Assembly: GCA_040954595.2 (NCBI GenBank) | Contig: CM082598.2 | Coordinates: 9,625,097 to 9,689,096, forward strand | Length of the DNA stretch: 64,000 bases | Source of the DNA: Balanoglossus misakiensis | Taxonomy: Eukaryota > Animalia > Hemichordata | Reading direction: 5' to 3' | In this document: positions 50,701-63,696 of the stretch, piece after piece | Position numbering within the stretch: the stretch's first letter is position 1 | How the letters are laid out: every line of letters begins with the position of its first letter | Translations under genes and position numbers: made by a program | The notes under the pieces: model-generated | What the model was told of the DNA's origin: nothing | The model's input: the letters and a program-made list of their open reading frames with translations, nothing else | Database searches by the model: none

Positions 50701-53700
50701 AAAATTTTCTTTTTTTTGCACGTGTACTCTAGTTTCGCATGACATATTATGATGCAGGAGGCATGGTAAACTTTTTTTACCTAATTCCAATTGAATGACA
50801 CAATATCAAAAATGGGGTTTTTAACCCACAGACGCCACCATTTCCGGGGGTCAATAAAATGTGCAACTCAAACAAAAGTTCAAAAACTCAGCTTCCAGAA
50901 TATGTATGGTTTATAGGGGTTTTAACGTTGTCTTTGATGAGAAATAGGCCTCTGAAAAAATCTTGACGGTTTCGTGCAATGCTACCTTAAGTTGGAAAAT
51001 AAAATTGTGAAAATAATGCAAAAAAAGGCAGCTCCAGAGGCTTTAATGTGACAACAGAAATCATGAAATTTCCAGATAATGAGATGTATGTTCCACTGCT
51101 TTCAGGTCAAAGAATTCAACTGCCAAACCAGTATTGGATTCCAAGAGTCAGACTCCTGTTTTCAGCTGAAAATCCAGCAGAATTTGCCAGCCGAGTGGCA
51201 GAGGCTTTCCACCTGAGAAAACATACAGAAGCATTGTTGAGATACAATTTGTATGTTGACTGTATGCCAATGGAAGCTGTGGGAGAGCTAGATTCTGAAA
51301 GTTTGAAGAGAATGGTTGAATGGGCAAAAGGAGCACCTTCTCTGGCTAAAGACAGGAGGTAATTGTGTCCTAACTTCTATAAAATTACAGGAAACACTGT
51401 TGACTGGACAGTTACCGAGCAAATTTGTTTTTAATGTGTATAATACAGTATTCAAAATATGTGGTTCCCCCTTGCATTTTCGCCAGTTTAGTGAGTGAGT
51501 CCAGTGACTCATAAAACAATGTTGTAGAGATTATACCGCCTCTCGTTTCTCCAGCTACCCTTACTTTATAAACAGTATATGTGCATAGCCTTTGTAAACT
51601 TAAACATTTTAATTCTAATCACATTAATGATGATCTACTTACAGTCTGGATGACTATGTACATACTTTGGAGAAAGAAGTTAACATTGACTATGCCCGTG
51701 CCATGAACCGCATCATATTTGACAAAACTGTAGAAGAAAACAGGACAACGTTTGCATATGTCACCATCCCAGAAAAAGAAGTGGAGGTAGTACCAGAAAG
51801 AGGTAGGCACTCCATCTCTCTCACAATATACACATCATAATAATATTAATTACTTATACACATATAGCGCATTAAATAATACATCTTGGTGTACTTCAAC
51901 AATTATTCCCATTGGGCTAGATTTTTCCTTTTCCAATCAACAGCTCACATATGCAGCCATTAAATCAGCACAGCGGAGCTAAAAACGCACATTGCAATCT
52001 CTGTCCTACCAGGTAACCATTAATCAGGGGGGGGGGGGGGGAGACCAATGAGAAGTAATGTGCCTTGCTCAAGGACACAACACCACAGCCATGCCAGGGC
52101 TTGAACACACAACTGTCTGATTATGAGTCCACTGCTCTAACCACTGGACTACTCAAGGAGATTTTTCCTCTATTTACTTCCATTTTTCACCTCATTGTAA
52201 ACGAGAGAGTATCCCGATTTAGACACAGAGGTCACTCAATACATGTACACAAAATAAATCTCATACAATTTTGTTTTAGGTTATTATGTTGATGTACCTG
52301 ACTACCCATTTGATGAAATCTACGACAGTTTTGCATTCAATTCACTGCTGACTCGTGAAGAAGCAATTGTTGCCATGATGAAAGTTCGTACAGAATGTAA
52401 CAAAGTTGGAAGTATGTCACTGTTCCATGTCCCAATGACCAAATACTTACGGTTAGAAGAGTTTGAGCAGACTCAGAGTCAAGCCAGTTCTCAAGTAAGT
52501 TACACTAGGCCAAAATAAAAAATATGTGCTGTTCCTATTACCCGACCTACCCTAATTCTAGCCCGCCGACCCTAAACTTTTTAGAGCTTCGTAAATCCAG
52601 AAGTAAAAATAACGATGTCAAATATACAAAATTTATGAAAATTGCGAGAATCACACAAGAATTATGACGTCATTCTTCTACACTATGGCGACCAATGATA
52701 TGAATAAAATTACAAAATAAAAAAAACTCCCTACCTACCTACCTACCCTATTTTTGAAAACCAGGTAATCGAAACAGCACATATTATTTTATTTGGCCCT
52801 ATCAGTACAGTTGCAGATTAAAAATAACGATAATGATGATGATAATAATTAAATAAGTGGTGCATCTAGAGGACACTACACTCAATTTTGAATGAAACCG
52901 CTATGAACGTCCGACAAGGGGCTTGTAACTAGTTGCAAATACGCACGATTGTGTGCACACCCCCTGTCCGAGTATGGTTACGGTCTGAGTATGGTTACGT
53001 CAGCTACCGTCCGGCCATAGGCCGCCATGCTAATACGGCAAGGCAGCGGTCAGCAATAGCGTGCGCCTCCTGTAACCACAGTAACTGGATCGAACGCTAA
53101 AAATCCAATGTTTTTGCACGCTGAGATTTTGTACCGTTCACAAAAATCCCTAAGGCTTTTTTATAGGCCACTTACGCCAGTCAAATTTGACCTGTTGACA
53201 GAAAACACACTTCCGCATAGCGTGAAGGATCGTTTTAACGGTTATCGTCACACTAAGAAGCGATACCCGTGGAAGAGTCCAAAAACATCCAAAATCGGTG
53301 ACTGTTTCAGGGGTGGCACGGGTATGCTGAAATCGACAGATACAACGTCCATATTCGAAAATAAAATCCTTCACGATCTTCTCTGGTTCGAGCAACTAAT
53401 GAATACGTATCAAGTTCGTTTTTGAGGTCATGGAATAAAAGCCTTAGGCTTTTGAAATATGACCTAGCTAATTTGCATATCAATGGCGTCTGGGGGCGCA
53501 CACTCACAATTGTGCAGATTTTCAACTAGTTACCAGCCCCTAGTTAGACCACAGGGGGCTGCAAACATGAAAGTTATAAATGGCAGAGTACATTCCGATC
53601 TGCGTTTTCCCCACCTGTCTTATTATTTGCTAATCCAGAATAAAAAACTATCCATTTCCCATTAATCACCTGCTAACGACTTAATCTGTGTGCCCCATCC

Positions 53701-56700
53701 ATGGATTAAGTTGATAAAGTAAACATCGGTCAGCGAGTACGTACTGGGTATAACAAGAGGAAGGGAGGAAACTCGCTCAAGGCATGTCCGCAGTTTCGTA
53801 CTTTTAAAGCCATGCCTGCCAATTAAACAGTCATCATCAGTTTTCTTATACTTAAAAATGTGTGCAGCTCGCTTTGGTCGCGTGGAAATTGCTTTGTTGT
53901 CTAAAAAAACGTGACTGGACGTTCACTTGGCGATGTCCAGGGGTCGCCCGTAAACCCGGATACCAGTTTTGACCTTTGACTGTTTATTTCAAGACCACGT
54001 GAGCTTCAAGAATCAGGGGTAAACAAAGTACCCAAGATATGCATAGCATGCAGCTGTTTTGTTTACGTTCGTTTCACAAGTTGCTGACTAAAATCAAAGT
54101 GGCAAACTTTCCATATAGGCCTACAAAAATTGTTCTCCGAAGGCACAGATATAGATAAGGGCGTCTGTTTCCGCAGAAATGGGCCTACAAACGCTCGTAG
54201 CAGCATAACATCTCAGCCTCGGACCCCAGACAAACGTTATCGATTCTCTAACAACATGAACATGAATTTTCCAGGTCTTACACAAGTTTCGATGACCGGT
54301 GGACGGTCATCGAAACCATTCCCGCAGGCTAACGTTAAAATCAACAAATGTGCTGGCTCGCTTAGGACCGGTACACATCCACGATCGTAACGTCGACTTT
54401 TCAAATCCACCTTTCTCGTATTGTCATTGATTTTACCCACCGATATTTTCTCATGGGCCACCAGTACATGCACTTGTAATACTTGTAATTTCGTTTTACA
54501 AGAAAGTTACAGCAACGGACGGGCGAATCAGTGAAAATAGTTCGGATTGATGACGTAGAACAGGGGTGAGTTCGGTAAATTTTAATTCGACCTGTTCCAC
54601 CTCACACAGGTGGCTATACGGGCCAGTTCATGTGATAACTCTATAAATATCGTAAAATCTGAATGTGCCGCGGAACATAAACAGATGCCGCGCCAGGCAA
54701 CGCGTTTGTAATTCTTCCTGTCCGGCTTCAGTGCATTAAACTTATACATATTCATGTATTTAGCTCCTTGTTGATTTATGAATATATGAATATTAAGTGG
54801 TCACTAGGTTTACGGGCAACCTCTGGACATGCCTTGAGCGAGTTTCCTCCCTTCCTCTTCTTTTACGGAGTGAGAACTGATCGATGTTTACTTTATCCAC
54901 TAAATCCATGGATGGGGCACACAGATTAAGTCGTTAGCAGGTGCTTTATCAGGGGAAATGCGATAACTTGTATTCTGGATTAGCAACTGATAAGACAGGT
55001 GGAGGTAACAGTTACACAGAAAAATAAACAAGCACAAAGACTGTTCATCAAGTACTGTTTATTGGGGGGGAAATGCAGGAACTCCGCCATTTATAACTTT
55101 CATGTTTGCAGCCCCCTGTGGTTAGACTCTGAAAACGGTGTAATCCAAATCGGGGTGTGATGTCCCAAAACGACCCATAGCAATGGGCAAAATGATACGG
55201 GTGCCCCATCTTGAGTTACAGTGGTACAAACAGTCTTCATTCTGAGATTGAAAGCTTGAAAAACAAAATAACACGATTGGAGTATAATTTGTTGGTTTGA
55301 CAAATTCAGAAGGTTGATAAACTTATAAAAGTTGGGTTCATTTATCACACCCCGAGGTAAGTATTGCTTTCGTAGCTTGTAATAAAATAGGCAAATTAGC
55401 AGAAAATTGTATTCATCTTCTATGTCACCTAGATCACACAATATACATACATTTACTCTTGCTGTGCAGTCGATATTTTGTCGTCTCCCAGTTTCAATGG
55501 CTAATGGGAGGATTGCACAATGAAAACAAGCAAATACCTGAACAACCTTCCAATGGCAATCTAATTAAATATATTTTCCTGGCTCAAGTAGTGATTTGAA
55601 TTGGCTATAGCCACACAACCTAACTTTTCCAGAATTTTAGCTTTCCACTGTTGCCAAAGCATGTCTGACACTCGAAGCTTAAATTCGGCTACAAACATCG
55701 ATTTGTTACCAATTTCTTAGGCTATCAACGCATAGCCAAAACCATAGGAGAATACGATGTGTTTGATAGATGTTGCCCAAGAATGTCTACCCATAATACC
55801 TAAATTATAAAGCATTTTATATGCCTGTTTCGGAAGGCGATCTGAAGGCATTTCCAAAAGCTTGATCCAGTAATTAATACAACACTTTAAAGTATGACAA
55901 AAGACGGGTAATCGACCACACTCTCCAATTATAGTTTCATTACAAGCTTGGTTTGGCAATCCCAAAAATTTTCGACACCACTTTTTATGAACTTTCTCTA
56001 AAAACATTAAAATACTGGAAGCCCCATATTTCCGAGCCATAACAAAGTATTGGTAAAATCATAGTGTCGAAAAGTTTAAAATGACAATCGAATGGAAAGA
56101 ACTCTAGTTTCTACCTGGCAATTGACAGTACAGTTAGTGCTTTGTTAGCTTGTAACGCTATATTATGTACTGCTTTAGACCATGTATTTCTAGAAGAAAT
56201 GAGCAAACCAAGATATTTATAATATGAAACAACACTAACGGAAGTACTGTCAAAATGCCAGGCTTCGACATGTGCTCTGTGTACGCCTTTTCAAAAAAAC
56301 AATTACCTTGGTTTTCTCTAAATTCACTTGCATCCACCATTTTGAACAAAAATTGTGCAGAATATCAATTAGACTTTGAAGATGAATGACCGTATCGGCG
56401 AAAATGACAACATCATCTGCATAAAGCAGGGCAAAAAGGTTATACATACCTTCTGTTAATTGTATCCCCATCTTTCCAGACGTTAATAACATTGTATTCA
56501 ATTCTTCAATAAAAATGTTAAATAAAATAGGATTAAGGATACATCCTTGTCGAACTCCGGTTGGACAGTGGAAGTGATCAGACATGATGTCAGTTGATCT
56601 AACACAAGCCTTAACACTACTATACATCGAAAACAAAATTGTGTAAATTTTACCCTTTACTCCAACCAGAGACATTTCATAAACATTTCAATAGTCCCTG

Positions 56701-59700
56701 TGTGAACGCCATATTGGTCATTCTTTAAAACACTGAGGAATCTTTACTATGGTATCTACAGGTTCAGTTATTCTTGAAAGATAGCTGGATTTCCACACTG
56801 AGAGCAGCCATCAGGACAAGTCTGCGAGATGTTGGTAAAGGCTGGTTCAATCTTCACGAAACCAACTGGGAAGTCTACCAAATATCCAAACTCAAGAAAT
56901 TCATGGAAATGGTCAAGTTTTCAATGCAGGTCAGTTATATTTAAGGTTTAAAGCCAACGATCGTCGTATGCGCATGTGCATGTAATTTCGTGTAAACAAA
57001 CATTACATCCAATCCAGATGTTCTGCAAATTTTGCATTCGACACATTCAAATAGTGGACTGCCTTTGCTTCCTTCCAAATTTCATGCACACCATATAGGT
57101 AGACTTAAGTTTTGTCCCTTCTTTTACCCAATTTTCTGTCTTTTCCCAATCTCCAACACAGTTTGTATGGTCGCCGCCTTCTTGCCGAATGTTAGGATGT
57201 AGCACACTGCCTTATGCGGTATTGACTGTATGCATTTTTTGTAACCAGAGTCTGGTTTGGCACATGTGCATAAGGCGATCATAGCCCCTTTAACAGATAG
57301 TGCAGTAGTCATGTTCAATTGGTATGATTTGGGTTAGAGACAAAAATTGTGGCAGACATGGCACTACAGGGCTTCATCAACTTAATTTATAATGATTACC
57401 TATTTTATCACATGATATGGCAGAGACCAATTACTAAGTAATGGGTACGACATTGTTAATGCAGCAGTCAATGTAATCCCCGAGGGATTAAGAATCTATT
57501 CATCAAAGGACAATTTATGTTAGCCTAAATTTCTGTTGGATTGACAATAGTGAATGGAGCTATTAAAAATATCATGAAAATTGTAACATTGTATTTTTTG
57601 GATAATATTCTATTATGATTGGGTCTTAAAATATCATTTGTTACAAAATTGGTTTTCAGGTTTGTAAGAATTTCCCTTTTAGAGTTAAAGATAGCAATGA
57701 AAATTATAAACATTATGAGCAGATTTAATTGTGTAAAACAGGAAATTTTCACGACAAGAAATTTTTGCGACCTTTTCGTGATGATTAATTTTCGCCTTTT
57801 CTTATCTCTATTGTACGCATTGTTCTTTTGCGACTATTTATTTCGCGTTTTTTGGCTTCAGTTCGCGAAAATTTCCTGTTTTACAGTATTGTCTCATTAG
57901 GTATTTATTCACATACATTTGGTGGTTCAGGCTCCCTTAAATGTGATATTGATGATACATGTAATTTTGACCAGAAACTATGAATAACCATACATGTAGC
58001 TACACCATTTTTGAGTTAAGAATTTAATTGATGGTTTCTGATGAACCTGGCCATACCTATTTGAAACACTGATCTGTTTTACATGTACTTTTTTTCAGGA
58101 TTCGTTGAGATACTTGGTTCAAGATTCCTTAGTCAACTTTACACAGATGATTTTGGATGCCTCTCATATGGTATTAAATACAGAAGAAGATATGAAATGG
58201 GCTGGTGATGTTCTTACAAGCAACTTCAGGTAACAGTACAGTACAGTACAGAACATTACATTACATTACATTACATGCACAGCTCAACACAACACCACAG
58301 TCCTTCCACACATTAGCTGGTCTCAAATCAGGCCAATATTTTTTGTCTGATCCATAGAACGGTTAAACAAACCATGAGTACCCATATTTGCTAATCTGGA
58401 CTGGGGGCCCATATTGAAACCTTTTTATTTTTCTTCATAACAGAACTATTCTTTGAATTTATATAGTGAACACTCATTGGAATTTGGAGTAACTTTGTGC
58501 ATGTGCACATAACTATCTCATCTATATTCTGATCTCATCTGATCTATTCCTATCACATTTAATATGATCTGCAGCACTGGAATGACTGATATGGTGTATG
58601 ACAAAAAGACACACCGAATGAGGTGAACAGTCCAAGCAACAGTGTGCTTATGCAGTGTTTCATCTAGACGGGGGTGGGGGTTCATTCACCCCTGTTGGCA
58701 CCCCCTAGCAATGTGTCAAGGGGGGACCAGTGCCCCTTCAATGATGTCACTCACATGGTAGAGATATTACATTCCCCCCTTGCTAGAGTGGAATCCCCCC
58801 CCCCCCCAAAAAAAAAAAAAAAAAAAAAAAAAATTCTGGCAAAAGGGGTAATATACCATCCTGGATGAAACACTGTTTATATATGCATGATCATCTGTTT
58901 TGATTTTCACCAAACCCTGCACATATATTGATTCTCACTAAAATGTTTTTCTTGCAAGCCAATGCAAACTTAAAGAAGTCGTACTTGATCAAGTTGATGT
59001 GACCTAAGTAAGAGTATCCTAAAACTGATCTAGCTAGAATTATAATGGATATGATATAGAATTTTTTCATGCTATAAATTCAAACCTGAGCATAGTTCTT
59101 TTCTTGACTTTGTATAATCATGGAAGTTGTAAAAAAATTGCTTTTGTCCGTTTATCATTATGAATGGTCACAGTTTGGAGGTTACAAAATACATGTACCT
59201 TATCCAGTTTTCAGTTTACAAGATTTTTGTGAACCAGTTGCACAAATAACATGTTTTTTGGTTGCCAGTTGTATTGTCAGTCTTAAAATATGCATGGCAT
59301 TGTTAGCAAGATCATTCTCATCCATTCTCCTTTGCCTTGCTCAAATCTCTCAAAACCTTGTTACCCGATGAGTGTTAAATTCCTGTGTGACTGCCAGCTT
59401 ATTGGTTTTGATACAGTGATTTCTTTTTGTCGCCACTCAAAATTATTTCGTCTTGACACCTTACGTGACCTTCATGTATTTTCCGGAGCAATCCTGACTT
59501 AATTTATATACCCTTGTGGCATGCTTTAGTGAAATGCAAAATCTTCAGGACTGTGTGTTGAGCAATTTGGATTTCACTAAACACTACAGATTTCAAATAT
59601 GAACCAAGATGTTCAGAGGTAACACACATTGATAGTACAGTGGTGTGGTATTCCAAAACATGAAAAATTTGCGTGATATTTTTAGTCTATCAGGTTTCAG

Positions 59701-62700
59701 TATAATTAAGTACACATCTGGGAGAATTTTGTCTGTTTGAGAATATATGAAAATCTTTAAATTACAGTCTTATTTGACTCAAACAGTCAAAGGGAATCCC
59801 TTTGGGACAAAGTCTCTCTCTCGCTGCCCTTTTTTCCATTAATTATGTTTGATACAAGACACAGTTCATGTTAATGTACATGTGGATATATAGAGAATCA
59901 ATGTTCGACCACACACAACTTCCATCCCACTTGTATGATATGAGAATAAAAACTCGCCCCAAATGAATAAATGGTAAAGAACGATTATTCATTTTGGCGA
60001 GTTTTTTCACTCGCCTGTCTATAAGAGGTATGGAAGTTGTGTGTGGTTGAACGTTCATTCACTATATATCCACATGTAGAATAACAAACGGTGTCTTGTA
60101 TCAAATATAATTAATGGAAAAAAGGGCAGCGAGAGAGAGACTTTATCCCTTTAAGTCAGTGGTGTGCTTTATGACACTGAGACTTGTAAATTATGAAAAG
60201 TTCCAGCAAGATAAAGCTATAACAGATACAGACACAATATTGATAAAGATATATAAGTTGAACAAAAGCAAACTGTGCTGTGCTGTAAATGCATTATGGG
60301 GTGAGAGCTAACAGGGTCTCGCTGGTGAACAGAAATAATGTTATGTAGCCACTTCGATAAACTTCGTAATAATTCAGAACAGGTGAACAGAAAGAACTGG
60401 TGAACAGAAAGAACGGTAGTACCACATAGCCATTATGTAGGGTTCATCAATGAACAAAATGTGTATCGTCAGTGTCGCCTTGTGATTAAACAGCCACATT
60501 TTCAATGACAAGTGGGGGGGGGGGGGGAATGGAGCTCAACCAATACACATTTATTGCCTTATCAGTCACTTCACACACTCGCCAATGACCCATTAAAACT
60601 CAACCTAATATACCCCCGCCCCCCCCTAAAGAATAGAGGTATCACCCATGGGGCATAGTCGTGTCCACCGAAGTTACCAGATCCCCAGCTGGTGTGGGTC
60701 GTGCGCAAAGCACCATGGGTGTTCCAACATACGTAACCGTTCATTTGACTTCCGGCTGGCCTCGAGTACACACGTTTGATGTGTCTGGCCGATCACTTTC
60801 TTTGAACCTTTTACGTAGTATATTTTCGATTTTGGGGACACTGTACTGTGTACATTTAGTTGTGCACAAATTGGTAATAAGTTCGTTCTCTGTGATATTT
60901 TTGGGGCGCTTGACGTTTTAACCGTCTATCCGGAAGCAATTGTAAATTTCGTAATGATCGATGTACTGGCCGCGGGGCTATGCGCATACACCAACAGTGG
61001 GTAGGTGCATGATGGCCGGTGAGCGTGAAAAGCCTTACCGTAGGCCAACACACCGTTGCAGCTTTTCGATTCGTTCTATTACAGCGCAGTTTTCTTCTCA
61101 AATATGTATGTAGTATTTAAAAAAAATCCCATACCAAACCACAAATAAACGAAAACCAAAAATTTTTATTTTATTTTATGCACAATGAGTACAAGAAATA
61201 CATGTATGTTTGTAAATACATGTATGTGGTTAGTTACGCAAGGCAAACGGCGCGCGTCCTTAACTACCACACAAAATATCCTTCAGATGTAAGTGCTGGA
61301 AAGAAAATTTAACTGCTACTGGAATATGGTGCCAAAGCGAGCGGAATGTTGTTGGTCTTTTTCAGGAACATGTTGACTGTAATAGGGTTAATCTAAAATT
61401 TGGTATTACAGTAAGTTGCAATCACCACGGCCTTCACATACGGATAGGGATGTGTTAGACGCCTATGAGATAGTATAGTTTCTAAATACGATGAAATTGA
61501 TAAAATAAAAGGGGCGCTTTGGGGCTCCCATGCAATTTCACGCACATTACATAATTATTATTCTTTCAAAATATACACATAACAAAGCTGTGCGCTCACT
61601 GTTTAGTCTGCCTGCTGACTTCAAACTACGTCGCCCGAGTACGATCGTTGGCAACAGTACGCCATGATGCCAGTTGACATACGGAGTGAAAAAAACACCA
61701 AAAAATCACGACTCGGAACAAAATTGATAGTACTTTTCTCATAGAACGATGCTAAGACACATGAACTTATAAAAAATGGATTGGTTTTTCCTTCAAACGG
61801 AGTTTCCCTTTACATAACCTACGAAAACATAAGTCGATTGCGCACAGAAAGCAACACGAATGACACTGCTAGGTCGGCCATGTTTTGCTCAAAAAGAGCG
61901 GGTTAAACCGGAAGTGACGTCGTGACCCACACCACCTTCCAGATCCCTAACCAGTTTATACAAAAGCATACATGTAGGTACATGCATACAGACACGATAC
62001 AGTGTACATATACAGAGATTACCAGTATGTGTCAGTTTATTACTGGTAGGACATATACGTACAAATTATAAATATGACTACAAATAAGACATTGCAATAT
62101 CAATTAATACAGATAGAGACAAATACAGGGTAAGTTCACACATGGAAACTTGTCAACGTTGTAGAGAAGATTGTCTGTGTTCTATGAACAGTGGTGTGTG
62201 TGTTCACAAAGTTGAGTCCAATTCAATTTCAATTTCAATTCAATTTTATTTCACTTTCAATTTTTACATCGAATGGTGAACAATGTACTGATAAAGTGAA
62301 AAAAGGAGGTAGGAAAAATAGTGCACTCGCACTAGTCAAGTCCACCCCCTCATGGTGAACAGTAGAACACTTGGTTCGTAATACATACAAAAAAAAGTCA
62401 AACTATTCTTTTTCTAAGAAGGATTTCATTTGTTTCTTAAATGAACATTTTGACCTCGTTGAGCGCATATTTTCAGGAGGTTTATTCCAAACCTTTGCTG
62501 CAGTGTACTTTATAGAATGTTGGCCAGCATTACTGTTATATTTCGGAATAAAAGGATTGCCTATATCTTTTGATGTGGTATGATAAGAATGTTGAATAGG
62601 AACGAAATACTCTGAATATCCTGGTGGAAGCTTGCTATTAAGAACATCATGAACAAACAAGGACAGTTGAAGATCACGTTGCTTGTATACATTCAAGATA

Positions 62701-63696
62701 AGTAACTCATTAAACAATGGTGAAGAATGTGCAAGACGGTCTGATCCCGCCAATACACGTACAATTCTTTTCTGTGTGAGATGTACATGTATTGGCCATG
62801 TTTGGTATTTCTGTTGTGCTCAGGTCAGGCCAGTAGTAACATCGCAAATCTACACCAGTCCAGCACCATAGTGAACTGTTCACAACAAACCTGTCTACAC
62901 TGGACACATTTTTGGTTCCTTTCACAAACAATGCCATTTTAAAATACGCCTTTATAATCGACACATCTAAAATCCTCATAGGTAAGACTTTTTATAAAAA
63001 TGTGTATTGCTATTGAGATGAAATTTCCAATGTACTTTGATTTCAGACCCAAGAAGAATCCATTGTTTCTTGTGGATCTTGTGCTGGATAAGGAAGGATC
63101 TCATTACAGTACAAATCTGAACAACTTTGAAAGCACACTCATTTCACTCTTTGACAATGCCATCAACAAAACACAAACAGTACCACAGCTTGAAAAGGTA
63201 AACTTGTACATCTTATTCCAAATTCAGATGGTAGTTTTAAAGGGACAAAGTATACCGTAACTTGTAAAATTTGAGACAGTGACTTAACCATTTCACCCCC
63301 CCCCCCCAGTTCATATGAAGTTGTCATTACCAAAAATATGCAAATGAGCTGAAAAATGTGAAATTGGTCAAAACTCAGAAACTCAACAACCACTGGTCAG
63401 ATTGATTTGAAAATTGGTATGCATGTATCTTATGTCAACCCCAAACAGTCCTGTATGTTTTGAGTTAATTTAATGAATTTTCTATTTTGCATTTTTGTTC
63501 AGTATGTTCTGGAGGACATTTTTTGGGCTGATACACCACTGCTTGAATCTGTTGGTGAGCATGAGCCACCTGTGGAAGAACTGAGGGAAACTATCAGAAA
63601 TGCAATCAAGAAATCATTGAACCCAATGAAAGCCTATGCAAGGGCTTATGAAAAACATCTGGAGTTGATGAATCTGGACATTAATCAATACACCAA
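41518..63696 (+). CDS. DNAH1: Dynein axonemal heavy chain 1, N-terminal part; 11 coding exons, gene continues beyond window
   Basis: Exons 41518-41700, 46121-46279, 46879-47257, 49265-49426, 51106-51358, 51645-51802, 52280-52494, 56762-56929, 58099-58229, 63047-63197 and 63503-63696 all have AG/GT boundaries and consistent phases. Peptides PKVQLPYFVPPGHTPRKIEIERQKR, LLRYNLYVDCMP and VQLFLKDSWISTLRAAIRTSLRDVGKGWFNLHETNWEVYQISKLKK match the DNAH1 N-terminus as I recall it. Confidence 0.93.
42442..42790 (+). pseudogene. YqaJ/lambda-exonuclease domain fragment (transposon accessory gene)
   Basis: TADQRDYEDWYLYRQGSVTAS, WGIKHEPVA and GLAISSDKLYLSSSPDGRVSCECCG are the YqaJ motifs; the downstream EIKCP and YxQ motifs are missing. 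Confidence 0.85.
42790..43760 (-). pseudogene. SAP-like plus SWIM zinc-finger N-terminal part of the same YqaJ-type protein
   Basis: LRKFLSERGITCCNTRKDRLIQ (SAP-like, about 43650-43730); after acceptor ttttacag| at about 43023, GTCKHCVALLF...TDVPCKWDKPR (end of SWIM). Confidence 0.7.
44170..44960 (-). pseudogene. Frameshifted relic of a ubiquitin-like plus Cys-rich protein, probably transposon-derived
   Basis: VSSLKNVISEELNLNTDSFKLFFQGKPL...ISVFGG, then in a shifted frame KCSISSTPRWYHIPG...SGCLCNSCRIC...TCHICG. Confidence 0.45.
46121..46279 (+). CDS. DNAH1: DNAH1 exon
   Basis: tttcag|NVLSGPETEQ...TTEILTKS|gtaagt, phase 0-0. Confidence 0.8.
46879..47257 (+). CDS. DNAH1: DNAH1 exon
   Basis: ttttcag|DFPLKSHEPKVQLPY...FDDTEFDCRTAEEW...KPVPGKALLP; ends phase 1 at gtacgt. 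Confidence 0.9.
47764..48844 (+). mobile_element. Helentron-like (HINE) element with a probable TTAA insertion at 48171-48725
   Basis: 5' AGGGACCCAAGC pairs with subterminal GCTTGGGTCCCT (48809-48820), followed by hairpin GCTGCTTGCAGC and TTTAATT; related sequence at about 35620-36010. Confidence 0.6.
49265..49426 (+). CDS. DNAH1: DNAH1 exon
   Basis: atag|..DPKDPSLEYEWFDVGMLDYD...|gtaagt, phase 1-1. Confidence 0.9.
51106..51358 (+). CDS. DNAH1: DNAH1 exon
   Basis: ttcag|..QYWIPRVRLLFSAENP...LLRYNLYVDCMP..|gtaatt, phase 1-2. Confidence 0.92.
51645..51802 (+). CDS. DNAH1: DNAH1 exon
   Basis: ttacag|..LEKEVNIDYARAMNRIIFD...VPER|gtaggc, phase 2-1; absent from the ORF track. Confidence 0.9.
52280..52494 (+). 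CDS. DNAH1: DNAH1 exon
   Basis: ttttag|..VPDYPFDE...SLLTREE...KVRTECNKV...LRLEEFEQTQSQ..|gtaagt, phase 1-0. Confidence 0.92.
52508..52798. mobile_element. PIF/Harbinger-like MITE 13 bp downstream of a DNAH1 exon end
   Basis: CTA|GGCCAAAATAAAAAATATGTGCTGTT ... AACAGCACATATTATTTTATTTGGCC|CTA. Confidence 0.75.
53550..55120. mobile_element. P-element-like non-autonomous element
   Basis: CACAGGGGGCTGCAAACATGAAAGTTATAAATGGC TIR extending about 240 bp with indels; 7-bp TSD gttagac; nested in an older element at about 52870-55166. Confidence 0.8.
55225..56690 (-). mobile_element. 5'-truncated, degraded non-LTR retrotransposon (RTE-X/Daphne-like reverse transcriptase)
   Basis: GVRQGCILNPILFNIFI, LLYADD, VNLEKTK, GECGRLP, YWIKLL and C-terminal EDEYNFLLIC...LRKQYL, spread over broken ORFs. 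Confidence 0.9.
56762..56929 (+). CDS. DNAH1: DNAH1 exon
   Basis: ctacag|VQLFLKDSWIS...KGWFNLHETNWEVY...MQ|gtcagt, phase 0-0. Confidence 0.93.
57731..57886. mobile_element. Tc1/mariner-type MITE (family of 1337-1527)
   Basis: TGTAAAACAGGAAATTTTC ... GAAAATTTCCTGTTTTACAG|TA. Confidence 0.65.
58099..58229 (+). CDS. DNAH1: DNAH1 exon
   Basis: tttcag|DSLRYLVQDSLVNFTQMI...|gtaaca, phase 0-2. Confidence 0.92.
58653..58875. mobile_element. Short CAG-terminated MITE
   Basis: CAGTGTTTCATCTAG ... CTGGATGAAACACTG; TSD not recognisable. Confidence 0.5.
59810..60143. repeat. Foldback element
   Basis: AAAGTCTCTCTCTCGCTGCCCTTTTTTCCATTAATTAT...; long imperfect arms. Confidence 0.75.
62221..62785 (-). mobile_element. 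3' end of a CR1/L2-group (Crack-like) LINE
   Basis: HSSPLFNELLILNV...HSYHT...SIKYTAAKVWN...SFKKQMK C-terminus, then AATAAA and a (TTGAAA)n tail at 62221-62250. Confidence 0.8.
63047..63197 (+). CDS. DNAH1: DNAH1 exon
   Basis: tttcag|.PKKNPLFLVDLVLD...VPQLEK|gtaaac, phase 2-0. Confidence 0.92.
63503..63696 (+). CDS. DNAH1: DNAH1 exon
   Basis: gttcag|YVLEDIFWADTPLLESVGEHEPPVEELR...|gtaagt, phase 0-2. Confidence 0.92.

Noticed and set aside
50110-50990. Possible Kolobok-like element ending GCTACC|TTAA
   Set aside because: Matching left TIR not found
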